From the sequence record OZ035727.1: 44,005 bases of DNA. The stretch is one strand, 5' to 3'. The stretch's first letter is position 1. Every line of letters begins with the position of its first letter. Positions 8,882-16,627 of the stretch are shown here, piece after piece. A model generated the notes under the pieces. The model saw nothing but the letters and a program-made list of their open reading frames with translations. It searched no databases and was not told the DNA's origin. Made by a program: the position numbers and the translations under genes. Origin of the DNA: Vectrevirus T205P4.

Positions 8882-8894
8882 GCTCTTTAACAAT
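8882..8894 (+). promoter_or_regulatory. GCTCTTTAACAAT motif, copy 1 (putative RNase III processing site core)
   Basis: Same 13-mer as I recall at the T7 R0.3 RNase III site (ACGCTCTTTAACAATCTGG); lies just upstream of an early gene. Confidence 0.4.
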
Positions 8895-8952
8895 TTGCTT
8901 AGTGTAACCTATGTATGCCGTGGTTAATTACTTATTGAATGAGGAATTAGCT

Positions 8953-9132
8953 ATGACATTAAATAACCGTGAACTATCCGTTCTCTTCACTCTGTTGTGC
9001 TACATGATTCGTAACAACGAATTGCTTACAGATGACGAGTTGGCACTGTATCACCGCTTTCTTAACGAAGGTTGGACCGATACAGTTAATCAATACCGTA
9101 ACATGATAGATGAGTTGAGGGGGGGTAAATAA
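8953..9132 (+). CDS. Hypothetical early protein, about 59 aa
   Basis: GAGGA RBS before ATG at 8953; first gene after the host promoter. Confidence 0.5.
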   Translation: MTLNNRELSVLFTLLCYMIRNNELLTDDELALYHRFLNEGWTDTVNQYRNMIDELRGGK

Positions 9133-9356
9133 TGTATCAACATGAGGTATTCTTTGAATCAGCTAGCGAAGCTATTCGCTTCCGTGATGATATGATGCAA
9201 GCTGGTGTAGGCGTTGATGTGTATCACTATTTGATAGATTACGACACTGAATATCACCGAGTTACCTTAGTATCTGAGTATGACAACCAAGTCATTACTG
9301 AGTATCTAGGCAGTGAAGATTACGATTACGATGAAGTAATCACGACAAATCTCTAA
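9132..9356 (+). CDS. Hypothetical acidic early protein, 74 aa (D/E/Y-rich)
   Basis: GAGGGGGG RBS; stop/start coupled to the previous gene; strongly acidic composition. Confidence 0.55.
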   Translation: MYQHEVFFESASEAIRFRDDMMQAGVGVDVYHYLIDYDTEYHRVTLVSEYDNQVITEYLGSEDYDYDEVITTNL

Positions 9357-9364
9357 ATTAACTG

Positions 9365-9393
9365 TTGACAGCCACGGCATACAAGGTTACATT
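9365..9393 (+). promoter_or_regulatory. Second host sigma70-type early promoter (TTGACA-N17-TACATT)
   Basis: Identical architecture to the promoter at 8701. Confidence 0.6.
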
Positions 9394-9426
9394 AAGCATC
9401 AAGACGGCGACGTCTTTAAACATCCC

Positions 9427-9439
9427 GCTCTTTAACAAT
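9427..9439 (+). promoter_or_regulatory. GCTCTTTAACAAT motif, copy 2 (putative RNase III site), flanked by inverted repeats ATCAAGAC / GTCTTGAT
   Basis: 13-mer identical to copy 1; inverted repeat arms at about 9401-9408 and 9450-9457 could form the long stem. Confidence 0.45.
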
Positions 9440-9485
9440 ACGGTTTGTGTCTTGATAGGCTAACTAACTAACTAAGGTAATTATC

Positions 9486-9596
9486 ATGAAAGGGTTAATT
9501 TGTGTAGAACGTATGGTCAATGGTAAACTTGAAATATTACCACTGGAAAACCAATCTAGCTTCAAAGAGTGGTATGGCTGTTTCTCACTGATTTAA
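9486..9596 (+). CDS. Hypothetical small early protein, 36 aa
   Basis: TAAGGT RBS; small ORF between RNase III-like sites; below track cutoff. Confidence 0.3.
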   Translation: MKGLICVERMVNGKLEILPLENQSSFKEWYGCFSLI

Positions 9597-9638
9597 GGTA
9601 AAGGCTGGCACTAGTCAGCCTATCAAGGCGCAAACCAA

Positions 9639-9651
9639 GCTCTTTAACAAT
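9639..9651 (+). promoter_or_regulatory. GCTCTTTAACAAT motif, copy 3 (putative RNase III site) upstream of ocr
   Basis: Third identical 13-mer (AAGCTCTTTAACAATTTGG). Confidence 0.4.
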
Positions 9652-9745
9652 TTGGATGGTAGCTTCTTAGTCTGGATAGGTTAAACCTAGGGTATTCTTT
9701 TGAGTACCCTATAATGTAACCTAACTAACTAATGAGGATTAAATC

Positions 9746-10075
9746 ATGGAACGCAATGCTAACGCTTACTACAACCTTCTGGCTGCAACTGTTGAAGCAT
9801 TCAACGAGCGTATTCAGTTTGATGAGATTCGCGAAGGTGATGATTACTCTGATGCACTACATGAGGTTGTAGACAGCAATGTTCCAGTTTATTACAGCGA
9901 AATCTTTACAGTGATGGCTGCTGATGGTATTGATGTTGATTTTGAGGATGCTGGTTTGATTCCTGACACGAAGGATGTAACCAAGATTCTACAAGCTCGC
10001 ATCTATGAAGCTCTTTATAATGATGTACCAAATGACAGCGATGTAGTTTGGTGTGAAGGCGAAGAAGAGGAATAA
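9746..10075 (+). CDS. ocr: Ocr-like anti-restriction DNA-mimic protein (T7 gp0.3 homolog), 109 aa
   Basis: [45 protein letters not shown] aligns with T7 Ocr [45 protein letters not shown]; acidic C-terminus; TGAGGA RBS. Confidence 0.88.
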   Translation: [109 protein letters not shown]

Positions 10076-10182
10076 TAAGATGGAAAGGCAATATAACTTC
10101 ATATTTTCAGACGGTGTGACCTTAAAATGTTCCTTGCGATTTGCGCAGATTCGTGAGGAAGTACTAGGAACTACATACAAGC

Positions 10183-10208
10183 TATTTAGATGACACTATA
10201 AGAGAAGA
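10183..10208 (+). promoter_or_regulatory. Variant phage-promoter-like sequence (ATTTAGATGACACTATAAGAGAAG)
   Basis: Matches the consensus upstream half, but the initiating region is ATAAGAG instead of ATAGAAG; may be weak or non-functional. Confidence 0.35.
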
Positions 10209-10269
10209 CTTAACAAGGCGTTGCTACGGTAGCGCCTGATTAAACTTTCACTTACTAGGAGTTGAGATT

Positions 10270-10455
10270 ATGAAAACCTTGATTGGATGCTTCTTGTTGG
10301 CTTCTCTTGCTCTGGCATTTACCGCTAAAGCTGGTTATGACGCTTATAAAGTAGAACAAGCCCAGCAAGACTGGGCCAAAAAGTTCAACTTGTGCAGCAA
10401 GAGCAACACCTACGAGTACTGCAACAAAACACTAAGACACTTATGGAAAGAGTAA
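10270..10455 (+). CDS. Small secreted protein, 61 aa, with signal peptide (MKTLIGCFLLASLALAFTAKA) and Cys pair
   Basis: AGGAG RBS; canonical signal peptide with AxA-like site; mature part about 40 aa. Confidence 0.6.
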   Translation: MKTLIGCFLLASLALAFTAKAGYDAYKVEQAQQDWAKKFNLCSKSNTYEYCNKTLRHLWKE

Positions 10456-10462
10456 CTAGCCT

Positions 10463-10484
10463 ATAGCCCACCTGAGTGGGCTAT
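10463..10484 (+). terminator. Hairpin (ATAGCCCAC-CTGA-GTGGGCTAT) after the secreted-protein gene
   Basis: 9-bp stem with 4-nt loop, followed by GTGATATTTA; weak U-tract. Confidence 0.4.
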
Positions 10485-10519
10485 GTGATATTTACTTACC
10501 ACTATATAAGGTGATTACT

Positions 10520-11404
10520 ATGACTACTGAAAACACCCTCGTGTCTGTCCGTGAAGCTGCAACCGCTGAAATCAAGCAACATTTAGACAATATCGGCACT
10601 TCTTACATCAAAGTAGGGGCTTGTCTGAATGAGTTACGCGGAGACTTTGAAGGTCAAAAAGAGTTTTTAGCCTATGTTGAAGCAGAGTTTGCCATTAAGA
10701 AGGCACAATGTTACAAGCTGATGAGTGTAGCCCGTGTCTTTGAAGGCGATGATCGCTTTAAAGGCGTGGCGATGCGTGTAATGCTGGCGCTTGTTCCTTT
10801 CGCTGATGAAAATATCATCATGGAGAAAGCCGCAGAACTTGCCGCAGCGGGCAAGCTGGACACTAACGCCGTGAACGCCCTGATTGAGCCTAAGAAAGAG
10901 CCAAAGTCTGAGACGGTACAATCCAAGGCTGAGCCTGTAAAACCGCAGGAGAACGCGACTGCGGCCGCAGAATCCCAGGAAACGCAAGCGCCGCAGGAAG
11001 TGCCGCCAGCAAGTGAGTCGGATGACGACAAATCAGCACCGTGGGAAGAGGAAAGCAAGCCGGAAGCGCCAAAGGCCGCGCCACTGGACAACACGGCTAA
11101 CACTGAAAACGCCGCTATGACTGGCCTACTGGCACAAATTAAGGCACTGACTGAGCAATTACAGGCAGCTAACGACCGCATCGCCGCCCTAACCAGTGCA
11201 CGTGAAAGCAAGAAGGCAGCCGCGCCTATGCTTCCCCAATTCAAATCTAAATGTTTCTATGCTCGCTTGGGTTTAAGCGCTGAGGAGGCAACGAAGAAAA
11301 CAGCAGTTAACAAGGCACGCCGCGAACTGGTTAAGCTAGGCTATGGTGAAGGCCATGAAGCATGGGCCTCAATCTCTGAGGCAGTAGAAGAATTAACTAA
11401 GTAA
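10520..11404 (+). CDS. Hypothetical early protein, about 294 aa, with long acidic Pro/Glu/Ala-rich low-complexity linker
   Basis: AAGGTG RBS before ATG at 10520; sits where T7 has the gene 0.7 kinase, immediately upstream of the RNAP gene, but I see no kinase motifs. Confidence 0.7.
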   Translation: MTTENTLVSVREAATAEIKQHLDNIGTSYIKVGACLNELRGDFEGQKEFLAYVEAEFAIKKAQCYKLMSVARVFEGDDRFKGVAMRVMLALVPFADENIIMEKAAELAAAGKLDTNAVNALIEPKKEPKSETVQSKAEPVKPQENATAAAESQETQAPQEVPPASESDDDKSAPWEEESKPEAPKAAPLDNTANTENAAMTGLLAQIKALTEQLQAANDRIAALTSARESKKAAAPMLPQFKSKCFYARLGLSAEEATKKTAVNKARRELVKLGYGEGHEAWASISEAVEELTK

Positions 11405-11467
11405 CCTTATCGGTGGCATCTTCTTAGGTGTCACCTATTAAGGTTTCTTTCACTAGGAGTAAACAAG

Positions 11468-14095
11468 ATGCAAGACTTACACGCTATTCAACTTCAACTT
11501 GAAGAAGAAATGTTTAACGGCGGTATCCGTCGCTTTGAAGCGGACCAACAACGCCAGATTGCATCCGGTAATGAATCAGACACGGCATGGAATCGCCGCT
11601 TATTGTCTGAGTTAATCGCGCCAATGGCTGAAGGCATTCAGGCATACAAGGAAGAGTATGAAGGTAAAAGAGGCCGTGCACCGCGTGCATTGGCTTTCAT
11701 TAACTGCGTTGAAAACGAAGTGGCAGCATATATCACGATGAAAATCGTTATGGACATGCTGAATACAGACGTTACCTTACAAGCCATCGCTATGAATGTA
11801 GCAGACCGCATCGAGGACCAAGTACGTTTTAGCAAGCTGGAAGGTCACGCCGCCAAATACTTTGAGAAAGTTAAGAAGTCACTTAAGGCAAGTAAGACTA
11901 AATCATATCGCCATGCGCACAACGTAGCGGTCGTGGCTGAGAAGTCTGTATCTGACCGTGACGCGGACTTTTCCCGCTGGGAGGCATGGCCCAAAGATAC
12001 CTTGTTGCAAATAGGTATGACACTGCTAGAAATCTTGGAGAATAGCGTATTCTTTAACGGGCAACCTGTTTTCCTCCGCACCTTGCGCACTAATGGCGGC
12101 AAACACGGTGTTTACTACTTACAGACCAGCGAACACGTTGGCGAGTGGATAACTGCATTTAAGGAACATGTAGCGCAGCTTAGTCCTGCCTATGCGCCTT
12201 GCGTCATCCCTCCGCGTCCGTGGGTGTCGCCTTTTAATGGTGGATTCCACACTGAGAAGGTAGCAAGTCGTATCCGTCTTGTTAAAGGCAACCGCGAGCA
12301 CGTACGCAAGCTCACTAAGAAGCAAATGCCAGCCGTTTACAAGGCTGTTAATGCTTTGCAGGCAACTAAATGGCAGGTTAACAAGGAAGTATTGCAGGTT
12401 GTTGAAGATGTAATTCGTCTCGACCTTGGTTATGGTGTGCCTTCCTTTAAGCCGCTTATCGACCGCGAGAACAAGCCAGCTAATCCAGTGCCGTTAGAGT
12501 TCCAGCACCTGCGAGGCCGTGAACTTAAAGAGATGCTAACGCCGGAACAATGGCAAGCCTTCATCAACTGGAAAGGCGAATGTACCAAGCTGTATACCGC
12601 TGAAACTAAGCGCGGCAGCAAGTCGGCGGCAACCGTTCGCATGGTCGGGCAGGCCCGTAAATACAGCCAGTTTGACGCAATATACTTCGTGTATGCACTG
12701 GATAGCCGTTCGCGCGTTTATGCGCAATCTAGCACGCTCTCGCCGCAATCAAACGACCTAGGCAAGGCGTTACTGCGTTTCACCGAAGGGCAGCCTCTAA
12801 ATAGCTCTGAGGCGCTTAAGTGGTTTTTGGTGAACGGGGCGAATAACTGGGGTTGGGATAAGAAAACCTTTAACGTGCGCACCGCTAACGTGCTGGATGG
12901 TGAATTCCAAGACATGTGCCGCGACATTGCAGCCGACCCGCTGACCTTCACTCAATGGGTGAATGCAGATTCACCTTATGGCTTTCTTGCGTGGTGCTTT
13001 GAATACGCGCGTTATCTGGATGCACTGGATGAAGGAACACAAGATAAATTCATGACGCATTTACCAGTACATCAAGATGGTAGTTGTTCTGGTATCCAGC
13101 ACTATAGCGCGATGTTACGCGATGAAGTAGGTGCGAAAGCGGTAAACCTCAAGCCGTCAGACGAGCCGCAAGATATTTATGGGGCCGTTGCGCAAGTAGT
13201 TATCCAGAAAAACTATGCTTACATGAATGCAGATGATGCAGAAACTTTCACATCTGGAAGCGTAACACTTACAGGTGCAGAACTGCGTAGCATGGCTGGC
13301 GCGTGGGATATGATAGGTATCACTCGCGGCTTAACCAAAAAGCCGGTAATGACCTTGCCTTACGGCTCCACCCGCTTAACCTGCCGTGAGTCAGTGATTG
13401 ATTATATCGTTGATTTGGAAGAAAAAGAGGCACAACGAGCTATTGCAGAAGGGCGGACGGCGAATCCTGTTCACCCTTTTGATAATGACCGCAAAGATTA
13501 CCTGACACCGGGCGCAGCTTACAACTATATGACTGCTTTAATTTGGCCTTCTATCTCTGAGGTTGTTAAAGCTCCTATAGTGGCGATGAAAATGATTCGC
13601 CAGCTTGCACGATTCGCAGCTAAAAGAAACGAAGGGCTAGAGTACACCTTACCTACTGGTTTCATCTTGCAACAAAAGATAATGGCTACCGACATGCTAC
13701 GCGTATCCACTTGCTTGATGGGTGAAATCAAGATGAGTCTACAGATTGAGACTGATGTAGTGGATGAAACGGCAATGATGGGCGCTGCCGCTCCTAACTT
13801 TGTTCACGGGCATGATGCTAGTCATCTCATCCTGACTGTATGTGACCTCGTTGACAAGGGCATTACATCTATCGCAGTCATCCATGATTCCTTTGGTACT
13901 CATGCAGGCCGTACAGCAGACCTGCGGGATAGCTTAAGGGCAGAAATGGTGAAGATGTATCAAGGTCGTAATGCTCTGCAAAGCCTGTTAGATGAGCATG
14001 AGGAGCGCTGGTTAGTAGACACCGGAATCCAAGTGCCAGAGCAAGGGGAGTTTGACCTTAACGAGATATTAGTATCTGACTATTGCTTTGCATAA
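11468..14095 (+). CDS. Single-subunit DNA-dependent RNA polymerase, SP6-type, 875 aa
   Basis: N-terminus [32 protein letters not shown]... and C-terminus ...[10 protein letters not shown]...DYCFA match my recollection of SP6 RNAP; conserved catalytic region [18 protein letters not shown]. Confidence 0.97.
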   Translation: MQDLHAIQLQLEEEMFNGGIRRFEADQQRQIASGNESDTAWNRRLLSELIAPMAEGIQAYKEEYEGKRGRAPRALAFINCVENEVAAYITMKIVMDMLNTDVTLQAIAMNVADRIEDQVRFSKLEGHAAKYFEKVKKSLKASKTKSYRHAHNVAVVAEKSVSDRDADFSRWEAWPKDTLLQIGMTLLEILENSVFFNGQPVFLRTLRTNGGKHGVYYLQTSEHVGEWITAFKEHVAQLSPAYAPCVIPPRPWVSPFNGGFHTEKVASRIRLVKGNREHVRKLTKKQMPAVYKAVNALQATKWQVNKEVLQVVEDVIRLDLGYGVPSFKPLIDRENKPANPVPLEFQHLRGRELKEMLTPEQWQAFINWKGECTKLYTAETKRGSKSAATVRMVGQARKYSQFDAIYFVYALDSRSRVYAQSSTLSPQSNDLGKALLRFTEGQPLNSSEALKWFLVNGANNWGWDKKTFNVRTANVLDGEFQDMCRDIAADPLTFTQWVNADSPYGFLAWCFEYARYLDALDEGTQDKFMTHLPVHQDGSCSGIQHYSAMLRDEVGAKAVNLKPSDEPQDIYGAVAQVVIQKNYAYMNADDAETFTSGSVTLTGAELRSMAGAWDMIGITRGLTKKPVMTLPYGSTRLTCRESVIDYIVDLEEKEAQRAIAEGRTANPVHPFDNDRKDYLTPGAAYNYMTALIWPSISEVVKAPIVAMKMIRQLARFAAKRNEGLEYTLPTGFILQQKIMATDMLRVSTCLMGEIKMSLQIETDVVDETAMMGAAAPNFVHGHDASHLILTVCDLVDKGITSIAVIHDSFGTHAGRTADLRDSLRAEMVKMYQGRNALQSLLDEHEERWLVDTGIQVPEQGEFDLNEILVSDYCFA

Positions 14096-14103
14096 TATTG
14101 ATA

Positions 14104-14133
14104 GGCCATTCCTTCGGGAGTGGCCTTTTCTTT
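14104..14133 (+). terminator. Terminator hairpin after the RNAP gene (GGCCATTCC-TTCG-GGAGTGGCC then TTTTCTTT)
   Basis: 9-bp stem with UUCG tetraloop and a U-tract. Confidence 0.7.
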
Positions 14134-14167
14134 ACCTGATACCTGTAACATTTCATTAACATAAACT

Positions 14168-14183
14168 GTCTCACACGTGAGAC
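14168..14183. repeat. 16-bp palindrome GTCTCACACGTGAGAC, copy 1
   Basis: Perfect inverted repeat, 2 nt upstream of promoter P3. Confidence 0.8.
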
Positions 14184-14184
14184 T

Positions 14185-14208
14185 CATTTACCGGACACTA
14201 TAGGAGAA
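14185..14208 (+). promoter_or_regulatory. Phage RNAP promoter P3 (CATTTACCGGACACTATAGGAGAA)
   Basis: Consensus match; first of two tandem promoters between RNAP and primase genes. Confidence 0.7.
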
Positions 14209-14260
14209 ACCATCGGAGATGGGAAAGAGAAGGAAGATAAAGGTAATAAAAGGCTATAAA

Positions 14261-14320
14261 GGAAGTAATAGGTATCAAAGGTTATATAGGTTTACCTAGG
14301 AATACCTATTACCTTCTTCC
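14261..14320. repeat. Purine-rich segment with inverted repeat (GGAAGTAATAGGTAT ... ATACCTATTACCTTCTTCC) in putative replication origin
   Basis: About 11-bp perfect arms separated by 26 nt, embedded in AG-rich / CT-rich flanks that are themselves roughly complementary. Confidence 0.5.
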
Positions 14321-14361
14321 TTCCTCTTATTACTACTTAGAGGAAAGGGCAGACTTAGGTT

Positions 14362-14377
14362 GTCTCACATGTGAGAC
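14362..14377. repeat. 16-bp palindrome GTCTCACATGTGAGAC, copy 2
   Basis: Perfect palindrome, 4 nt upstream of promoter P4. Confidence 0.8.
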
Positions 14378-14381
14378 TTCG

Positions 14382-14405
14382 TATTTACCGGACAGTATAG
14401 ATAAG
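14382..14405 (+). promoter_or_regulatory. Phage RNAP promoter P4 (TATTTACCGGACAGTATAGATAAG)
   Basis: Consensus-like with CAGTATAGAT variant; precedes the gp1.1-like and primase/helicase genes. Confidence 0.6.
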
Positions 14406-14430
14406 ACTAACTCACTTTGGAGATTTAACT

Positions 14431-14559
14431 ATGCGTAACTTTGAGAAGATGACCCGTAAAGCTAATCGTTTTGACATGGAAGAAGGGCAGAAGAAAGGCA
14501 AGAAGCTGAACAAACCTGTCCGCGACCGTGCATCTAAACGCGCTGCGTGGGAGTTCTAA
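14431..14559 (+). CDS. T7 gp1.1-like small basic protein, 42 aa (MRNFEKMTRKANRFDMEEGQKKGKKLNKPVRDRASKRAAWEF)
   Basis: GGAGA RBS; same length and same MRNFEKMT... start as I recall for T7 gp1.1; below track cutoff. Confidence 0.65.
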   Translation: MRNFEKMTRKANRFDMEEGQKKGKKLNKPVRDRASKRAAWEF

Positions 14560-14562
14560 GTT

Positions 14563-16551
14563 ATGGCTATTATTCAGAATGTACCGTGTCCTGCCTGTCA
14601 AAAGAATGGACATGATGTTACCGGCAACCATCTCATGATCTTTGATGATGGTGCTGGCTATTGCAACCGTGGTCACTTCCACGATAACGGAAAGCCATAC
14701 TACCATAAGCCCGAAGGTGGCATCGAGATAACCGAGTTGCCTATTACTGGCAATATCAAATATACACCTTCTCAGTTCAAAGAGATGGAGAAGGAAGGGA
14801 AGATAAGCGACCCTAAGCTACGCGCCATCGCACTTGGTGGTATGCGTATGAAAGACCGTTGGGAGGTTATGAATGAGCAAGAAAGGGCAGACCAAGAAGC
14901 AGAGTGGAAACTTGATGTTGAATGGTTCCTCACGCTTAAGCGTAAGAACCTTGTATCCCGACACATTCGCGGCGACATCGCAGCACTATATGATGTGCGA
15001 GTGGGCCATGATGAAGAAGGAAGAGTCAATCGTCACTACTACCCCCGCTTCGAGAAAGGTGAGCTAGTAGGCGCTAAGTGCCGTACCTTACCTAAAGACT
15101 TTAAGTTTGGTCATTTAGGTAAACTATTTGGTATGCAAGATCTTTTCGGTATGAATACTTTGTCTCACGTGTTAGACAAGGGAAGACGAAAGGATTGCTT
15201 GCTTATCGTAGGCGGCGAACTTGATGCACTAGCAGCCCAGCAGATGCTTCTTGATTCCGCCAAGGGCACTAAGTGGGAAGGACAACCATATCATGTGTGG
15301 TCTGTCAACAAGGGTGAGTCTTGCCTTGAAGAGATAGTGCAGAACCGTGAACATATCGCTCAATTCAAGAAGATTATATGGGGCTTTGATGGGGATGAGG
15401 TTGGGCAGAAGCAGAACCAACAAGCGGCTCGCCTGTTTCCTGGTAAATCCTATATCCTTGAGTATCCTTCTGGGTGTAAAGATGCTAACAAGGCATTGAT
15501 GGCTGGCAAGGCTAAAGAATTTGTGGATGCTTGGTTTAATGCCAAGTCATCTGATGAAGTCTTTGGTAGCCAGATTAAATCTATCGCATCTCAAAGGGAT
15601 AAGCTCAAGGCTGCACGTCCCGAGCAAGGATTGTCATGGCCTTGGCCTAAGCTGAACAAGGTAACGCTAGGTATTCGTAAGAACCAGCTTATCATTGTAG
15701 GTGCAGGGTCTGGTGTAGGTAAGACTGAGTTCCTTCGTGAAGTAGTTAAGCACCTCATTGAAGAACACGGTGAATCTGTAGGCATCATTTCTACAGAAGA
15801 CCCGATGGTCAAGGTGTCCCGTGCTTTTATCGGCAAGTGGATTGATAAGCGTATTGAGTTACCGCCAACCAACGACCCGAAAGAAGATGGATACCGTGAG
15901 GTGTTCGACTACACCGAGGAAGAAGCTAACGCCGCCATTGATTATGTAGCTGATACAGGTAAGCTGTTTGTAGCTGACCTAGAGGGTGACTATTCGATGG
16001 AAAAGGTAGAGCAAACTTGCCTAGAGTTTGAGGCTATGGGCATTTCTAATATCATCATTGATAACTTAACGGGGATTAAATTAGATGAGCGTGCTTTTGG
16101 TGGGAAGGTTGGTGCACTTGATGAATGCGTCAAGCGGATTGGTACTATCAAAGACCGACACCCGGTTACTATATTCCTTGTATCACACCTTACACGTCCT
16201 CCGGCAAACCGTACCCAACACGAAGAAGGTGGCGAAGTTATCCTTTCTGACTTCCGAGGCTCAGGAGCTATCGGATTCTGGGCATCTTACGCCTTGGGGA
16301 TTGAGCGTAATACAAGAGCTGAAACGCTTGACGAAAGGACTACCACGTACATCTCATGTGTCAAAGACCGCGACCAAGGTATCTGGACTGGAACCAAGGT
16401 CATGCTTAAGGGTGACATTCAAACCGGACGTTTAATGGAACCACAAGCCCGTACTAAGTCATTTGATACAGGTGAAGCAAGGCAACAAGAAGTACCAGAT
16501 TTACCGGACACTATAGAAGAGACTAACTTCGATGAAGAAAGTGAGTTCTGA
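14563..16551 (+). CDS. DNA primase/helicase (T7 gp4-like), 662 aa
   Basis: N-terminal Cys4 zinc ribbon (CPACQKNGHD...CNRGH), helicase Walker A GAGSGVGKT, acidic C-terminus ...FDEESEF ending in Phe as in T7 gp4. Confidence 0.93.
   Translation: MAIIQNVPCPACQKNGHDVTGNHLMIFDDGAGYCNRGHFHDNGKPYYHKPEGGIEITELPITGNIKYTPSQFKEMEKEGKISDPKLRAIALGGMRMKDRWEVMNEQERADQEAEWKLDVEWFLTLKRKNLVSRHIRGDIAALYDVRVGHDEEGRVNRHYYPRFEKGELVGAKCRTLPKDFKFGHLGKLFGMQDLFGMNTLSHVLDKGRRKDCLLIVGGELDALAAQQMLLDSAKGTKWEGQPYHVWSVNKGESCLEEIVQNREHIAQFKKIIWGFDGDEVGQKQNQQAARLFPGKSYILEYPSGCKDANKALMAGKAKEFVDAWFNAKSSDEVFGSQIKSIASQRDKLKAARPEQGLSWPWPKLNKVTLGIRKNQLIIVGAGSGVGKTEFLREVVKHLIEEHGESVGIISTEDPMVKVSRAFIGKWIDKRIELPPTNDPKEDGYREVFDYTEEEANAAIDYVADTGKLFVADLEGDYSMEKVEQTCLEFEAMGISNIIIDNLTGIKLDERAFGGKVGALDECVKRIGTIKDRHPVTIFLVSHLTRPPANRTQHEEGGEVILSDFRGSGAIGFWASYALGIERNTRAETLDERTTTYISCVKDRDQGIWTGTKVMLKGDIQTGRLMEPQARTKSFDTGEARQQEVPDLPDTIEETNFDEESEF
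16498..16521 (+). promoter_or_regulatory. Phage RNAP promoter P5 (GATTTACCGGACACTATAGAAGAG), inside the 3' end of the primase/helicase gene
   Basis: Perfect consensus copy about 30 nt before the helicase stop codon. Confidence 0.7.
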
Positions 16552-16572
16552 TTAGTGTATTTATCAGGGCTT

Positions 16573-16588
16573 GTCTCACATGTGAGAC
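16573..16588. repeat. 16-bp palindrome GTCTCACATGTGAGAC, copy 3 (extended GCTTGTCTCACATGTGAGACAGG)
   Basis: Lies 22 nt after the helicase stop; extended flank identical to the copy at 39653. Confidence 0.8.
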
Positions 16589-16627
16589 AGGCTCTTATTA
16601 AGTACATTAAATAACTGGAGATTGATT

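Noticed and set aside
10711-11244. 177-aa minus-strand ORF rich in Ala/Ser
   Set aside because: Antisense image of the low-complexity region of the plus-strand early gene; no expression signals.
13085-13100. CACTATAG match inside the RNAP gene
   Set aside because: Only the 8-nt core matches; the upstream ATTTACYGGA half and downstream AAG are absent.
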